In this document: positions 25,916-38,084 of the stretch, in pieces | Numbering within the stretch: position 1 is the first letter of the stretch | Layout of the letters: every line of letters begins with the position of its first letter | Assembly (NCBI RefSeq): GCF_001194135.2 | Contig: NC_068981.1 | Location: 172,795,960-172,859,959 of the forward strand | Source: Octopus bimaculoides | Taxonomy: Eukaryota | DNA length: 64,000 bases | Reading direction: 5' to 3' | Program-made: the position numbers and the translations under genes | The notes under the pieces: generated by a model | What the model saw: the letters and a program-made list of their open reading frames with translations, nothing else | What the model was told of the DNA's origin: nothing | Database searches by the model: none

Positions 25916-26915
25916 AATTCATAAGAGTGGTGCAACAAGGCACCGATATTTACTGGACAATAGCAATCGATATAAATACGACGCTATTGTATAGCTTCAC
26001 TGCGTATATACTGGCAAAAATGCGTGTGCGCAACAGACATGAAGAACTTGTCTTACCTTAGGAAGAACATCCGAAAATGAACAACCCAGATTAAGGATAA
26101 TGCAGTACCCAGGTTTCAGACTCTTCAAATACGTTTCACAACGTAAATCTGATTAGTCCTCATCAGCTGCATTTACCTAGACAATATTTCAAATGTTGCC
26201 ACATCAATGCCAAGTATACTTGCCCGAACGCCAAGCCGTTAACGGTACTGAGAACAGTGAAGAAGTTATCAATGAAAAATATTTCAATACAAATGTATCA
26301 ATTTCCAGCAAAAAATAGCCCTATAAGGGTATATATAAATTCATAAGAGTGGTACAACAAGGCACCAATATTTACTGGACAATAGCAATCGATATAAATA
26401 CGACGCTATTGTATAGTTTCACTGCGTATATACTGGCAAAAATGCGTGTGTGCAACAAACATGGAAAACTTGTTTTACCTTAGAAAGAACATCCGAAAAT
26501 GAACAACCCAGATTAAGGATAATGGTGTTCGGGTGAGCATACTTGGCATTGATGTGGCAACATTTGAAATATTGTCTAGGTAAATGCAGCTGATGAAGAC
26601 TAATCAGATTTACGTTGTGAAACGTATTTCAAGAGCCTGAAACCTGGGTACTGCATTATCCTTAATCTGGGTTCATTTTCGGATGTTCTTCCTAAGGTAA
26701 GACAAGTTTTTCATGTTTGTTGCACACACGCATTTTTGCCAGTATATACGCAGTGAAACTATACAATAGTGTCGTATTTATATCGATTGCTATTGTCCAG
26801 TAAATATCGGTGCCTTGTTGTACCACTCTTATGAATTTATATATACCCTTATAGGGCTATTTTTTGCTGGAAATTGATATATTTGTATTAATACATTTGT
26901 ATTGAAATATTTTTC
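25916..26915. repeat. ~422-bp unit repeat: one full copy, one partial copy, then an inverted copy
   Basis: aattcataagagtgg at 25916 and 26338. 26526-26915 is the reverse complement of the unit. Confidence 0.9.
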
Positions 26916-27270
26916 GTGTGTGTGTGTGCGCGCGCGCGCGCGTGTGTGTATGTATGTACATGTGTGTATGTAGTGTGTGTATGTATGTATGTGTGTGTAT
27001 GTATGTGTGTATGTATGTGTATGTATGTGTGTATGTATGTGTGTGTGTGTGTGTGTGTGCGTGCGCGTGTGCGTGTGCGTGCGTGTGTGCGCGCGTGTGT
27101 GTGTGCGCGCGCGTGCGTGTGCGTGTGTGTGCGCGCGCGCGTNNNNNNNNNNGTATGTGTGTGCGTGTGTGTGCGTGTATGTGTGTGCGTGTATGTGTAT
27201 GTGTGTGTGTATGCGTGTGTGTGTGTATGTGTGTGTGTGTATGTGTGTGTGTGTGCGCGTGTGTGTGCGC

Positions 27271-27302
<32 letters not shown>

Positions 27303-27490
27303 ATATATATGTGTGTATGTATTTATGTATGTGTGTGTATATGTATGCGTATGTGTGTGTGCATATATATGCACGCGCGTGCGTGTGCATATGCATATAT
27401 ATGCGCGTGCGTGTACATATGCATATATGTGCGTGCGCATATACATATATATGCACGTGCGCGTGTGCATATGCATATGTGTAGATATGT
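26916..27490. repeat. (GT)n/(GC)n/(GTAT)n compound microsatellite
   Basis: Direct reading. Source of the spurious H/T/C/V ORFs. Confidence 0.95.
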
Positions 27491-29185
27491 AAAGAGAGAG
27501 ATACATAGATTTGTAGCAGCTGTAGCTCTGACTCTCTGCACCATCTGATTAGTAAACTTAATTTCCATGGTTAAAGTAACTGCATTTGGAGAGACTCAAA
27601 TTTGAAGAATTTGTTGACTGTATTGAATTTTAATGAATTGGTTTTGAGAAAAATGTTCATCAAAACTGAACCAACTGATGTAAGAATGTTGAATCTTGTA
27701 GGATGTGTTAGGAGTGGTACATTACAACAAGGTATGGGTCTTGAAATACCTTTGAATTTCATTTGATTATGATAAATTTTCAAAACAATGACATGTTCTT
27801 ATCATTGGAGATAAATTATTTGAGGATCCGTTTGACTAAAATTCAGTTGAACAGTTTTGCTTCTTAAAATTTCTTGTATTAGTGTGAGTGTTGTGTTCAA
27901 CAGTATTCCCAATAGTATCAGTATTGAGTACCGAAATACTTGCACTTGATAGCTAACTAAAGTAGAGTATATGACATTGATGGTAGCCAGTTATCTTGGC
28001 TAGAAAGTTAAGAAAACTAAAATGTATTAAGATTTCTCCTTCAATGCAGGTACTGTTCCTGATGATATTTTGTCAACAATAGTTCCTAAATTCTAAATCT
28101 GTTAGATGCTACCAGACAGTTGCTCCCAGAGAAGAGAATATGATCATTAAGTTTTTCTTTCTAAATTAACGGAATTTGTATTTGTTTAGCTGCCTGTTCC
28201 TTAGAATATGGAGACTGGGTTGCCTTTAATATTGTCTTTTGTACTGGGAATAGGATCTTCAGAAAATGTTTGTTGAATGTTGCGCAGTGTTCCCTTTTGA
28301 AACCCTGTCACAAGTGTTGATCATTGTTATATTTTAGTGCATTATTTTGTTTACAATAACTGGTTGACTTCTGTTGGGTACTAAATTGAGTTCACATGTG
28401 AAGAAAATTTTTTTCCTATAATAATAGAGCCATGTCAAAGCTTTACTCTGATGTTTACCTTTTACTGATCAAATCTAATTTTGTGCACTTCCAGCTTTTC
28501 ATGCAGTCTGTATATAAAAAGTGAATTTTGTGCCTATATTTAGAGTTGAACTGTTGATGTAACCACAATGTTTGTGAAATAATGCTGAGCACACATATTA
28601 ATGCAACCATGTACATAATTTCTTGTATTTTGAAATTAAAATTACATGGAAGTCATATGGTTAAATAAATCAATATTCACCTTTAATACCTTTGTTTTTA
28701 TATATTCCTCACAATTTTATTACTTGGATTTTCTTGATTTTCACTTGCATGAACATTTTACATTACACTACTTTGTGATTGATTATTATGTGGACTGATA
28801 ACCAGGTCTGTATGAGGAGCTTACTGTGATAACCACATGATTCTGAGTCCATATCTTATTCCACACATTTATATCAATATATGTATATATTCTTTTGGAG
28901 AACATTGGTTCTTGAAGCATATTACATAAAACTTCAAATAATAGCATGTAAATATTGGGTTGAAAATCCCTTTTGGATAGAAAAAGTAGAAGACTACCTG
29001 TGGGACATGAACCCACATCTCCTTTAGACATAACAGGTATTCTTACCTTTGGACCAAAGTAATCCTTTCACTTGTCATTTTAGAAAAGCTTACATAAAAT
29101 ATATTGTTAGACATGTCAAATGTATTTACAGCATATTTAGTTGAAATGTTTCAGTTGCTGTTATAAATTTTCAATTTCCTTTCAG

Positions 29186-29254
29186 CTCTGACTTGTGGGC
29201 CTTGGGGTGTATAATCTACCAACTACATTCTGGTTTACCACCTTTCTGGGGAAA
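29186..29254 (+). CDS. PDPK1: 3-phosphoinositide-dependent protein kinase 1 exon SDLWALGCIIYQLHSGLPPFWG (kinase subdomain IX)
   Basis: ttcctttcag acceptor, AA|GTGAGT donor, phase 2-2. Matches PDK1 SDLWALGCIIYQL..GLPPF. Confidence 0.95.
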
Positions 29255-29947
29255 GTGAGTAACTATTCCTGAATTTAAAAGAATAAAAATTACTTCTTAA
29301 ATGTCTTTTATTCATTCAATAAAATTATATTTTTACTGGCCAATTGTAAAATTGGCTTTAGCTGCTATCCCAAAAGTGCTAAATCCTACAGGACCTGGGC
29401 ATCTAGGTTTATTGCCTTGATAGGCTTGTGTTGTTATAAATGGACTAAATTTCATAATTTTCATTTACCACTTGTTCATGTTAAATATTTTGATAGAATT
29501 GGATGAAACAGAAACTTGGTTTAAACTGTTTTCCAATCACCTAAACCTCAGTTGGAAATCTTGACCAGCACAACACTAATGAAGTAATCATTAATTTACA
29601 CAGTGGTCCCACTGTTTACTCTTGTGAGCAACATGTAATCATCTGTCCACATTTACAGCTAATTGAACTGACTAAGAGTGGCTTTAATAATTGTAGCATT
29701 GCATTAATGACAACAAACATTGGATGTTTGGTTGCTTAACTAACATGGAAGTTGACCATGATTCTATTTATTGTGTCAGAATATGGTTTGGAATGGAAGA
29801 AATAAACTTTTGTAGAAATAATTAAAATAAATGAAAATGTTCTTTACTTCCACACAAAAAATACATTACTTTAAAACTACAAGTATAATATTGATTAAAG
29901 TGTACCAATCCACCCTTTTATACACGCAAATGATTTTCTACTTTTAG

Positions 29948-30044
29948 CCATGAATATCAGATATTTCAAAAGATTTTAAAACTTGACTATGAGTTTCCTG
30001 ATGGTTTCAATCCTGTTGCCAAAGATTTGGTCCAGAAATTATTG
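29948..30044 (+). CDS. PDPK1: PDK1 exon (N)HEYQIFQKILKLDYEFPDGFNPVAKDLVQKLL
   Basis: tctacttttag acceptor, TTG|GTGAGT donor, phase 2-0. Matches PDK1 EY.IFQKI.KL.Y.FP..F.P.A.DLV.KLL. Confidence 0.95.
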
Positions 30045-31974
30045 GTGAGTAACATCTGTAGCTTTTGAATTTATTTACTCTGTATTGTTTTATAGCCAAT
30101 TTTGATATATTTAGATCCACTCGTATAAGATACATAACACATATTCTGCACTAAATAAGTTGTGTTATTTTCAGTTTTTTTTCATCCCATTTTGTTTTAG
30201 TAACAAAATTATTTTTTCCAAAATGCTTAGCTGACCTCCAAACTAGTTCATTGTTTGCTCTTTCCAAGCACAAATTTTTGAAGAAAATTTTTATTTCATT
30301 CTAATAACATTATTTATGGGAGGATTTGTTTCAAAAGACACAAGTCTGATCTGCATAGGAGGAAGACCAAAAAATTGCACTATGGGTCATTTGAGTTTTC
30401 TAATATCATCATTTTTAGCATTAAAATGGATGGCAATTGTGTTTAGGAAAATTTTAAAGCTATATCTTCTTTCTAAATATGGCTATGTTTCAAATTGTTT
30501 GAAGGTTTTGTAGGAATATTCACAGAATTTAACCCAAAACAAGATAAAGAAAAAAAAATTTAACAATAGAGTAAGATAAAACTATGGTTGTTATCTCTAA
30601 AAGATTTCCTTATATATCACTTTTGAATAAATATATTTTCTCTCTTCCCCAACTTCATACTTTAACTGCTTTTTTATTTTATTTTCTTTCTTTTAATGCA
30701 CATGTAGTAAAAAGCTTTGTAGCAGATATGTTTTAAAATCAACTGGAGTTGTTCCGTGGAAATTTTCTTTTGGCGCTAAAATAGAAGTTTAGACAAAGTC
30801 AATCTCAAAAGATTCTTTTCATTGGTTTAATAATAAATTATTAGCCAAAGCTGTCCCAGTTTTCAACCAAAAATTCTGAAATTTAATTTCTGGACACTTC
30901 TAGAAATGTCTAAAGTAACTTATAAAAACCCAGGATTTCTGATATTTTTCAGTGGCTTTTAAGCTGTCGCAGGAAGCTTTGTCACTCAACATTCTGCATG
31001 TCTTGTAGTGTTGAATTATTGTCACACTCATGAAATAGACAGTGCATTATCTATTTTTCTCCAACATGACCTTAAGTCATTTACCTAAATTCTTTCTAGA
31101 ATAGTTTGAAGAATTAGTTTTAAAAATTCTATACTTGTCCTTCTCAACTCTTAGAAGAAAAAGAATTAGAAAAAAGCCTTTTATTACAGGCCTCCTTAAA
31201 AAACAAGTGAAATAAGGGAGAACACTCCTGTTTTATTTATAATACTGTTTAAACGATTGAATTTGGATTTAATAAAAATAATATTGAATAAGACCTTGCT
31301 AGTCAGATTTACATAATTTCTTGAGTGTTGGTTTGGAAACAACATACGAGTTACTCACAAATAACCTTAACCTTCCAAAGAAATAAACAAAGGACCACCT
31401 CACAGGTTAAACACACTTTTAAAATTCAATCCCATCCAAATTCTTATATACTGCAGGCATCCTTTTTTCTCTGTTAGTATGATTTTTACTTGTACCATTA
31501 ATATTTAAAACTATCTGAATTACATATTAAAAAAAAGTGAGGTGCTACTTCTACAAGCCTATTTTGTTGAAGATGTTATAGTACTTTGAGTATTAAATTC
31601 TAACACCTACAATATGTTGTATAGTGTTATGTAAGAACTAGCATGTTGATTTAGAGGGGTGGCTTGAGGTGATAAAGTGTTGTTGACTGATAAGAGACAC
31701 AGCTGCTAAACTTGCACATTTTAAAATAAGTGACCCACACTACTTAAACTTTCAATAAAAAGAAACAAACCTAAACACATCAAGGCTTTACAGGTTTGAA
31801 GAAACAACTCTGACATTGCTTCCTGTATCAAATGAAGTAACAATGGAAATAAAATATCCTCTTTTTAAGAACCAAGACTAAAGTCTTGATAGTTATACCA
31901 AAATTTAGATTAACTAATTTCATTGCATTTTCCTTAAATAAAGGAAGGTAAACTTTATAAATGTCTATTTTCAG

Positions 31975-32151
31975 GTATTCAATCCCCAAAAACGACTTGG
32001 TAGTCCTGAATCTGGAGGCTTTAAACCACTTAAAAAACATCCTTTCTTTGATGGTATTGTTTGGGACCATCTTTGGACGCAAGACCCACCTGATCTTCTT
32101 CCCTATTTACCTGCCACACCTAGCAATCCCAGTTTATGGAGCCACTATCGG
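31975..32151 (+). CDS. PDPK1: PDK1 exon VFNPQKRLGSPESGGFKPLKKHPFFDGIVWDHLWTQDPPDLLPYLPATPSNPSLWSHYR
   Basis: ctattttcag acceptor, CGG|GTTTGT donor, 177 nt, phase 0-0. End of the kinase domain (KRLG...LK.HPFF...W...PP.L..YLPA). Confidence 0.93.
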
Positions 32152-32404
32152 GTTTGTTAAAAAATTTTTGTCCTCTGTCTCATTGTTTCTGGTAAACTTT
32201 CAGTACAGTTAAAAAACATTCTATGGTAAGAGATGGTAAAATGCAAAAACACCATAACCTCTAGATGTGGTGGGCTGTTCGAACAGTTCTGGAAAGAGAT
32301 GGCTTTAAAATTTTATTAGGTTGGTGCAAAGATAATAAAGAATTTATTTTAAACTTGATGCTTATTTTGGAATAAATTTAATATTTAACTATAAGCACAA
32401 GCAT

Positions 32405-32790
32405 TACTAATGGTCAAGAAGCTTACTTTCTAAATATGTAGTCTTGAGTTGAATGCCACTGCTTGGCACTTTGGGCAAGTGTCTTCTCCATAGCCCCAGG
32501 CCATCCAAAACCTTGTGAGTGGATTTGGTACAAAAAAACTGAAAGAAACCCATCATTCGTGTGTAACTTTGCTTTGACATTGTGATGGTTGTAAACAAGC
32601 ATCACTTCTACATGCAGGGCCATTCATTTAATATCCTGCAAAAAAACATATCTCACCATGGAGAACTATTACTTTGCTTGAGAACAGGTGAGGGTTGATA
32701 ACAGGAAGGCTAAGTTCTGTTCAACCCATATGAGCATGGAAAAGTGAGCATTAAAACAATGATGGTGATGTAGTATAGGAAAGAAGTCTG
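32405..32790 (+). mobile_element. tRNA-derived SINE with RTE-like tail
   Basis: tggtcaagaagcttact...ggcactttgggcaagtgtcttct...gtgagtggatttggta...gaaactgaaagaaaccc body, ending agcatggaaaagtgagcattaaaacaatgatg. Relatives at 19300-19480 and 59340-59490. Confidence 0.7.
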
Positions 32791-33296
32791 TTAATTATAT
32801 GGAACTGGACTGGATAATTTGTGGTATCTATTTCTAAACATTAAATATTTTAACATGACCCCCAAAAAAACCCAAACCCCAAAAAACATCTTTCAATCAT
32901 TATAGCTTTTTCTCCTCAAGTTATCATATAATGCTGATCAATTAGCATACTGTTGTTTTTATTTAATTGTATAGTGCTTTATTAATGAGTAAAACATATT
33001 ACCTAACAGAGGGCTATCAACTAGAGTGGCAGTTTGAAGAATGTAGGCCAACATTAATGAACCCGGGTTTAAAAATGCAAGTGGTAATAAGAAAGTTTGC
33101 AAAGCAACAAGGAAATGAACAGATCATTTAACTGTTTAATAGCAGAAATGATGTAGCCTTCTCTCATCCTTAGGTCTAAGGAATAGCCATGGAAGAATTT
33201 GACACATTCCTTCCTTACATAATTTTACATATTGCCTTGGATGATATTACCTTTTCAATTTTGATTTTTAGTTTTTTTTTTTATTTGTATTTCCAG

Positions 33297-33343
33297 CCTG
33301 GACTTGATGATGCTAGAATTGGGGAGATAATAACTGAAACAGT
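33297..33343 (+). CDS. PDPK1: PDK1 linker exon PGLDDARIGEIITET(V)
   Basis: tgtatttccag acceptor, GT|GTAAGT donor, phase 0-2, compatible with both flanking exons. Confidence 0.8.
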
Positions 33344-35883
33344 GTAAGTACTTTTGTTATTGTTTGCTCAGCAAGCTGAAATTGTAACTTCAGTTTCATT
33401 TCTTTCATTTTATTAATGCCTTTAGGAAACATGAAATCATAATTTCTCCTCTCCTGAAATACTGCTGGAGCTGGTTTCATACCTACATAAGAAACATAAA
33501 CATAGTTTTAGCATTTCTTTTTACTTGCTGAGTCTGGAGGACTTGTAGGCCATCTAACATTGGTGATATTAAAATAGTACATTAATAACATTAATTTGTT
33601 GCTGGTCAACACATGCAGGGAACATTTTAGAGCAATGATGTTGTGGGGAAATAGGGATGAGGGTTCAAGTATGGGGTTGGACTTGACAAGGATGAGATGT
33701 GGAGAGGTGAACGGGTCAGGAGTACCTGAATGGTAGAGACCATTATAATAGTGATAAAAAAGACAGGAGACAGCATGTCTGTGGGCCAGAAGTTAGTGTG
33801 TTCATTAGTAAAAGGATTCCTATTAGCTGAATGGCTCACCTAGATGCAGTCCATGATGTCAGTGTTCATAGTTGTACTCCTGATCTAGATGTAAATCCTC
33901 GATCCTTGTGAAGTATCAGTAGCGTATCTTCTGGCCATAAAGAGAAGAGAAGAGTTAGTTTTTGGGATATGGTCTTAACTATGCTAAAAGATGATTGTGT
34001 GATCTGACAGTTGGAGAGATTGGGAGGTCTCTAGTTGAATGCCACTTATGATTGGAGTGGTATTTTCTTATGAATAGTGTTTGAGTTTCTTAGCTGGTAA
34101 GAAATTATTATTAGCATGACCCACCCATGCATTCACTGCAGGATGTTTATAAGGTATCCATTTTCAGGTGTGGGGTGTGGTGTCTATGTTATATGTGGAT
34201 AATGCATGGTTAAGGGAAATGAGAGAGGAGTGTTGTTCAGCTCCCTAATTTACCTCCCAGTTAACATTGCTACACCTAATGGACTACACTTCCCAATCCT
34301 CTCCCTGGTTTTTGTAAAATCACTGCTCCAAGTGTCACCTATAAGAGTACATCAGTTAAATCTAAATTTTTGTTTCCTTGTTAGTCTACTACAGTCTGCT
34401 ACAGCCGTTATATGCTGATTGCAATAACATTTTAGTCTCTACAAAAGATAATTTATCATGACTGATTAACTTATTTTTTGATTGGATGCTTTAGATCAAG
34501 GGTTCCTATCAAAGGCTGATGGGACATCTCTATTGTATTGCCTTAACATGTCTTCACCATCTTCTCTCTTTATCAAAAAGGATAACCACATATCTTCTCT
34601 ACAAGGCACCTGTACCTCTCCCTCTTTCATACTTTAACCTCTCACCACCCAGCATAAAACCACCCCATTCAGTTGAGGACGCTTGACATGTAAGTTACTT
34701 GATGACCTTACTAGTACTTGTGTCAGGTAAAAAAAAACTCCCAGTACATTCTTCTAAGTGGTTGGCATTAGGAAGGGCATTAAGCTGTAGGGTCCATGCC
34801 AAAGCAAAGTTTGATGCAGTCCTTTTGAACTCTTGAACTCATGCCAGCATGGAAAACGGATGTTAAATGATGACATAAGACAGAATCCTTATTTTCATTT
34901 TTGTCTGCCCCCACCCCTCCACTTTTGTTTTTTTCTAGTTACTTTGGCCACTGATGATGATGATGAAGATTTTTGAAGTTAGACAGATTGGGTGTGGAGA
35001 TATATTGAGCAATTTTTTGGAAGTCATGAATTGTAAAAAGTTTGAAACCTCTTCTTTTAGAATCCCTCAATTCTGGTTTTAAATCCTTTTAACATCATCT
35101 TGGTGATCTATTTGATCTGCTACCACCTCTATATATGTAATTAGTCTATATGCTTATTTTATAAACACTGTCAGTGACAGTAAAATAATTATGTTGTAAC
35201 ATTTTCTGTGAATAAGTGAAAAATTAAACACTCCACAGGGTTGTTGGTGTTAGGAAGGGCATCCAGCCATAAAAACCATGCCAAAACAGACACTTGCTTG
35301 GTACAGTCTTCCAAACTGTCCAATCCATGCCAGCATGGAAAGCAGATGTTAAATGATGGTGATGAATTACTTGAAGCACTAGATTAGGACTATTTTCCCA
35401 TTAGTATTGCTCTTGAGGAAGACCTGAATGTAACAACAGCTGAAATCCATATGATTCGCTTCTTAGTAATTACCAAAGATCAGGATATGCTGTTTCTAGA
35501 GACCATGGGTCGGTGGTTGGGAAGTTCTTGTTTTTTTTTTTCTTACACTAGCATACAAGTCTGCTCTCCACACTTCCAAAATTGTCCAAGGAAAAACAAG
35601 GGTTGCTACAGTTTGTGACCAAAGTTATTAGAGGCATTGCTATTAAAATGAAAAGAATTGGAGAAGATAGAGCAAGGTATCATTTTTGATACTCTTTTTC
35701 TCCACCCTGAAAGAGATAAAAGCAATGTGACCTCAGTGAGATTTGAACTTGGAGCACAAAGACGGAATATGGAACAACTCCACTATTTCATCCCTGCTGA
35801 TTCTATAAACTCATAAATAAAAACTTTTTTATTTGGGTTGAGATATCATTCCATTTCCATAATTCTTAGGAACATTCTTAGAG

Positions 35884-36915
35884 GTACATTATGTACATTC
35901 AACGGATATTTGTCCTCATCTTGTTTGTTGTTAACACAACAGTTTCGGCTGATATATCCTTCAGCCTTCTTCAGGTGTCAGGGAAATTTCGAACCTGGGT
36001 TCTCATTCCTAAGGTATTTTTTGATATTATTATTATTGTTATTGTTCAGGTCACTGCTTGGAACCGAACTCGGAATCTTTGGGTTAGTAGCCTGTGCTCT
36101 TAACCACTACGCCATATGCCCGTGAGTAATTATGGAGTGAATTTTAGGGCTTATAAATCTAATATTTTTCTATCCTTCCTTAATACCGGTTCCCATATGC
36201 TGCTCATATCTGCACTCGGTCTGTTTGGGAGGTTGTTGTCCTAGCATATGTGCTGCTTCTTTTAGTTTTCATATTTTCCAGTGGTGTTCTCTGTCTATTA
36301 TTTTAACTTCATCCCACTAGGGGAGGTGGTCTCCATTTTTCCATACATGATCAGCTATACCCAATTTATCAATATCTCCTCATGTCACAGCTTTCGATGT
36401 TCGTCTACCCTTATTTTGAGGGGGCGGCATGTTTCGCTTTATATAACCTACCACAGCTGCATGGGATTGAGTACACGCAATCTTTAGTCATATTCTCTTC
36501 TGTTGGTGGTTTTACTCGGAGGAGATATTTGTGAAGTATTGTATTATTCTTGAATACTGTCCTGATGTCATACAGACCGCATATCTTTTGTATCTTTTCG
36601 GAAAGGCCTTGATCATTTCTTTGTGGTGTGTATCACGATCGCTACTTATATTCTTTGCACGATGTTTTAGGTCCTGAGCATATGGCGAAGTGATTAAGAG
36701 CGCAGGCTACTAACCCCAAGATTCCGAGTTCGATTCCAAGCAGTGACCTGAACAATAACAATAATAATAATATCAAAAAATACCTTAGGAATGAGAACCC
36801 AGGTTCGAAATTTCCCCAAGACACTTGAAGAAGGCTGGAGGGTATATCAGCCGAAACTGTTGTGTTAACAACAAACGAGATGAGGACAAATATCTGTCGA
36901 ATGTAAATAATGTAC
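35884..36915 (-). mobile_element. Penelope-like element remnant: GIY-YIG endonuclease fragment flanked by inverted terminal arms
   Basis: The minus strand 36130-36600 translates, with a frameshift and stops, to YDIRTVFKNNTILHKYLLRVKPPTEENMTKDCVYSIPCSCGRLYK/ETCRPLKIRVDEHRK...IADHVW...W.EVKIIDRE...KLKEA. Arms ~35884-36125 and ~36675-36915 are reverse complements. Confidence 0.85.
35933..35979 (-). ncRNA. Minimal type I hammerhead ribozyme motif in the Penelope terminal arm
   Basis: Minus strand GACAC CTGAAGA AGGCTG aaggatatat CAGCC GAAAC T GTT GTGTT: stem I, CUGANGA core, stem II, GAAA core and short stem III. The copy at 36820-36866 (+) has CUGA changed to UUGA. Confidence 0.7.
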
Positions 36916-37169
36916 ATAATTCCGCATCTCTTAAATATAGAACTGTATTCCTAGAGGTAGTTGATAGCAGCTTGTTACTTAGGTGCTCAAATTAGTAATG
37001 GAAGAGGATATTATGAAAGTATACTCTAAGTTAGAACATAGTAAGGAAACAAAAAGGACTATGATTGCATCTATGCTACCTCTTCTGGTCACAAAGCTGG
37101 ATTGCATTTTATGTAACTAAGTTTGTGATCAGTTGTGCAGGAGAGCAATTCCATGTCACATGTTGAAGC

Positions 37170-37347
37170 TGTTAGCCCTTCAGCATTCAGGTTATTCTGC
37201 CAAATGTTATACTTTATTTATGTATTCATATTGTTTGAATTAACTATTTCATAGCTTCGAAGTTTCAATGATGTGATTGTTTATTTTTAGAATGATATTA
37301 ATAGGTGTGAGAGGCCAGATCTGGCCAGTTTAAATGCTAAAGGGTTA
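37170..37347 (+). mobile_element. piggyBac-like MITE (CCC...GGG ends, TTAA flank)
   Basis: Ends ...AAATGCTAAAGGG|TTAA. Same family as 52485-52907. Confidence 0.6.
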
Positions 37348-37512
37348 AAAAAAATTTATGGTTCCTCTATTTAGAGGTTCACTACCCTTTTACTGCACTT
37401 TATACATTCATTAGTTAGCAGTGGTTTGTAGAGTAATGGTAAAAACAAACATGATAAATGAAATATACATTGTTTTGTGCCATTTATGGAAGATGGTCGT
37501 TTTTCATTGTAG

Positions 37513-37627
37513 GATTACTGAAGATCAACGGAAGGAATTGCTCGAAAAACAGGCCCGAGAAAATGATTTTCACAAATTTGTTGAAGGCAATCTCATTTTG
37601 AAACAAGGCTTAGTAGATAAGCGTAAG
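37513..37627 (+). CDS. PDPK1: PDK1 exon ITEDQRKELLEKQARENDFHKFVEGNLILKQGLVDKRK (start of PH domain)
   Basis: ttttcattgtag acceptor, AAG|GTAAGT donor, phase 2-0. Matches LLEKQA...H.FVE.NLILK.G.VDKRK. Confidence 0.95.
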
Positions 37628-37744
37628 GTAAGTTTTTACAAAATTAGTCTTACTGATATAGGTTTTTCTTTTAAAATATGACCATACATCATACTTATGC
37701 ACAGAAGTATTGATATACTCATACTTATTTGTGTGCATACTTGC

Positions 37745-37955
37745 AGATTTGTATCTGAGACATACAAATATGTACATATGTTTGTATCTGAGGCATACAG
37801 ACATGCATATGTTTGTATCTGAGGCATGTAGATGTGCATATGTCTGTGTCTGAGGCATACAGATGTGCATATATGTCTGTATCTGAGGCTTGCAGGCATG
37901 CACACATGTCTATCTGGGGCATTCAGGCATGCACGTGGGTTTGTATCTGGGGCAT
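37745..37955. repeat. ~31-bp minisatellite with self-complementary units (~7 copies) in a PDK1 intron
   Basis: Unit GCATACAGACATGCATATGTTTGTATCTGAG, in which ATACAGACAT pairs with ATGTTTGTAT. Confidence 0.85.
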
Positions 37956-38053
37956 ACATACAAATCAAACTGGAACCTGGTGCAGCTCTTTGGCTGCCAG
38001 CTCTGGTCAAACCGTCCAACCCTTGTCAGCATGGAAAATAGACATAAAAGGAT

Positions 38054-38084
<31 letters not shown>

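Noticed and set aside
25317-27568. Long ORFs rich in Y/I/H/T or C/V/M (139-225 aa) on both strands
   Set aside because: Translations of dinucleotide microsatellites that lack stops in several frames.
27565-27770. Open frame on + upstream of the PDK1 exons as a missing PDK1 exon
   Set aside because: The translation does not resemble any PDK1 kinase subdomain. It is faintly like a LINE endonuclease remnant.
28786-29031. 81-aa minus-strand ORF as a possible 5' exon of the ankyrin gene
   Set aside because: No ankyrin signature and no phase-0 donor matching exon 17632. Lies in PDK1 intronic sequence.
24524-29254. Ankyrin-PDK1 fusion gene on the + strand
   Set aside because: The last + ankyrin exon ends in phase 0 and the first PDK1 exon starts in phase 2, so a direct splice is out of frame. 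A 100-N gap separates them, and the ankyrin exons continue better into the - strand set.
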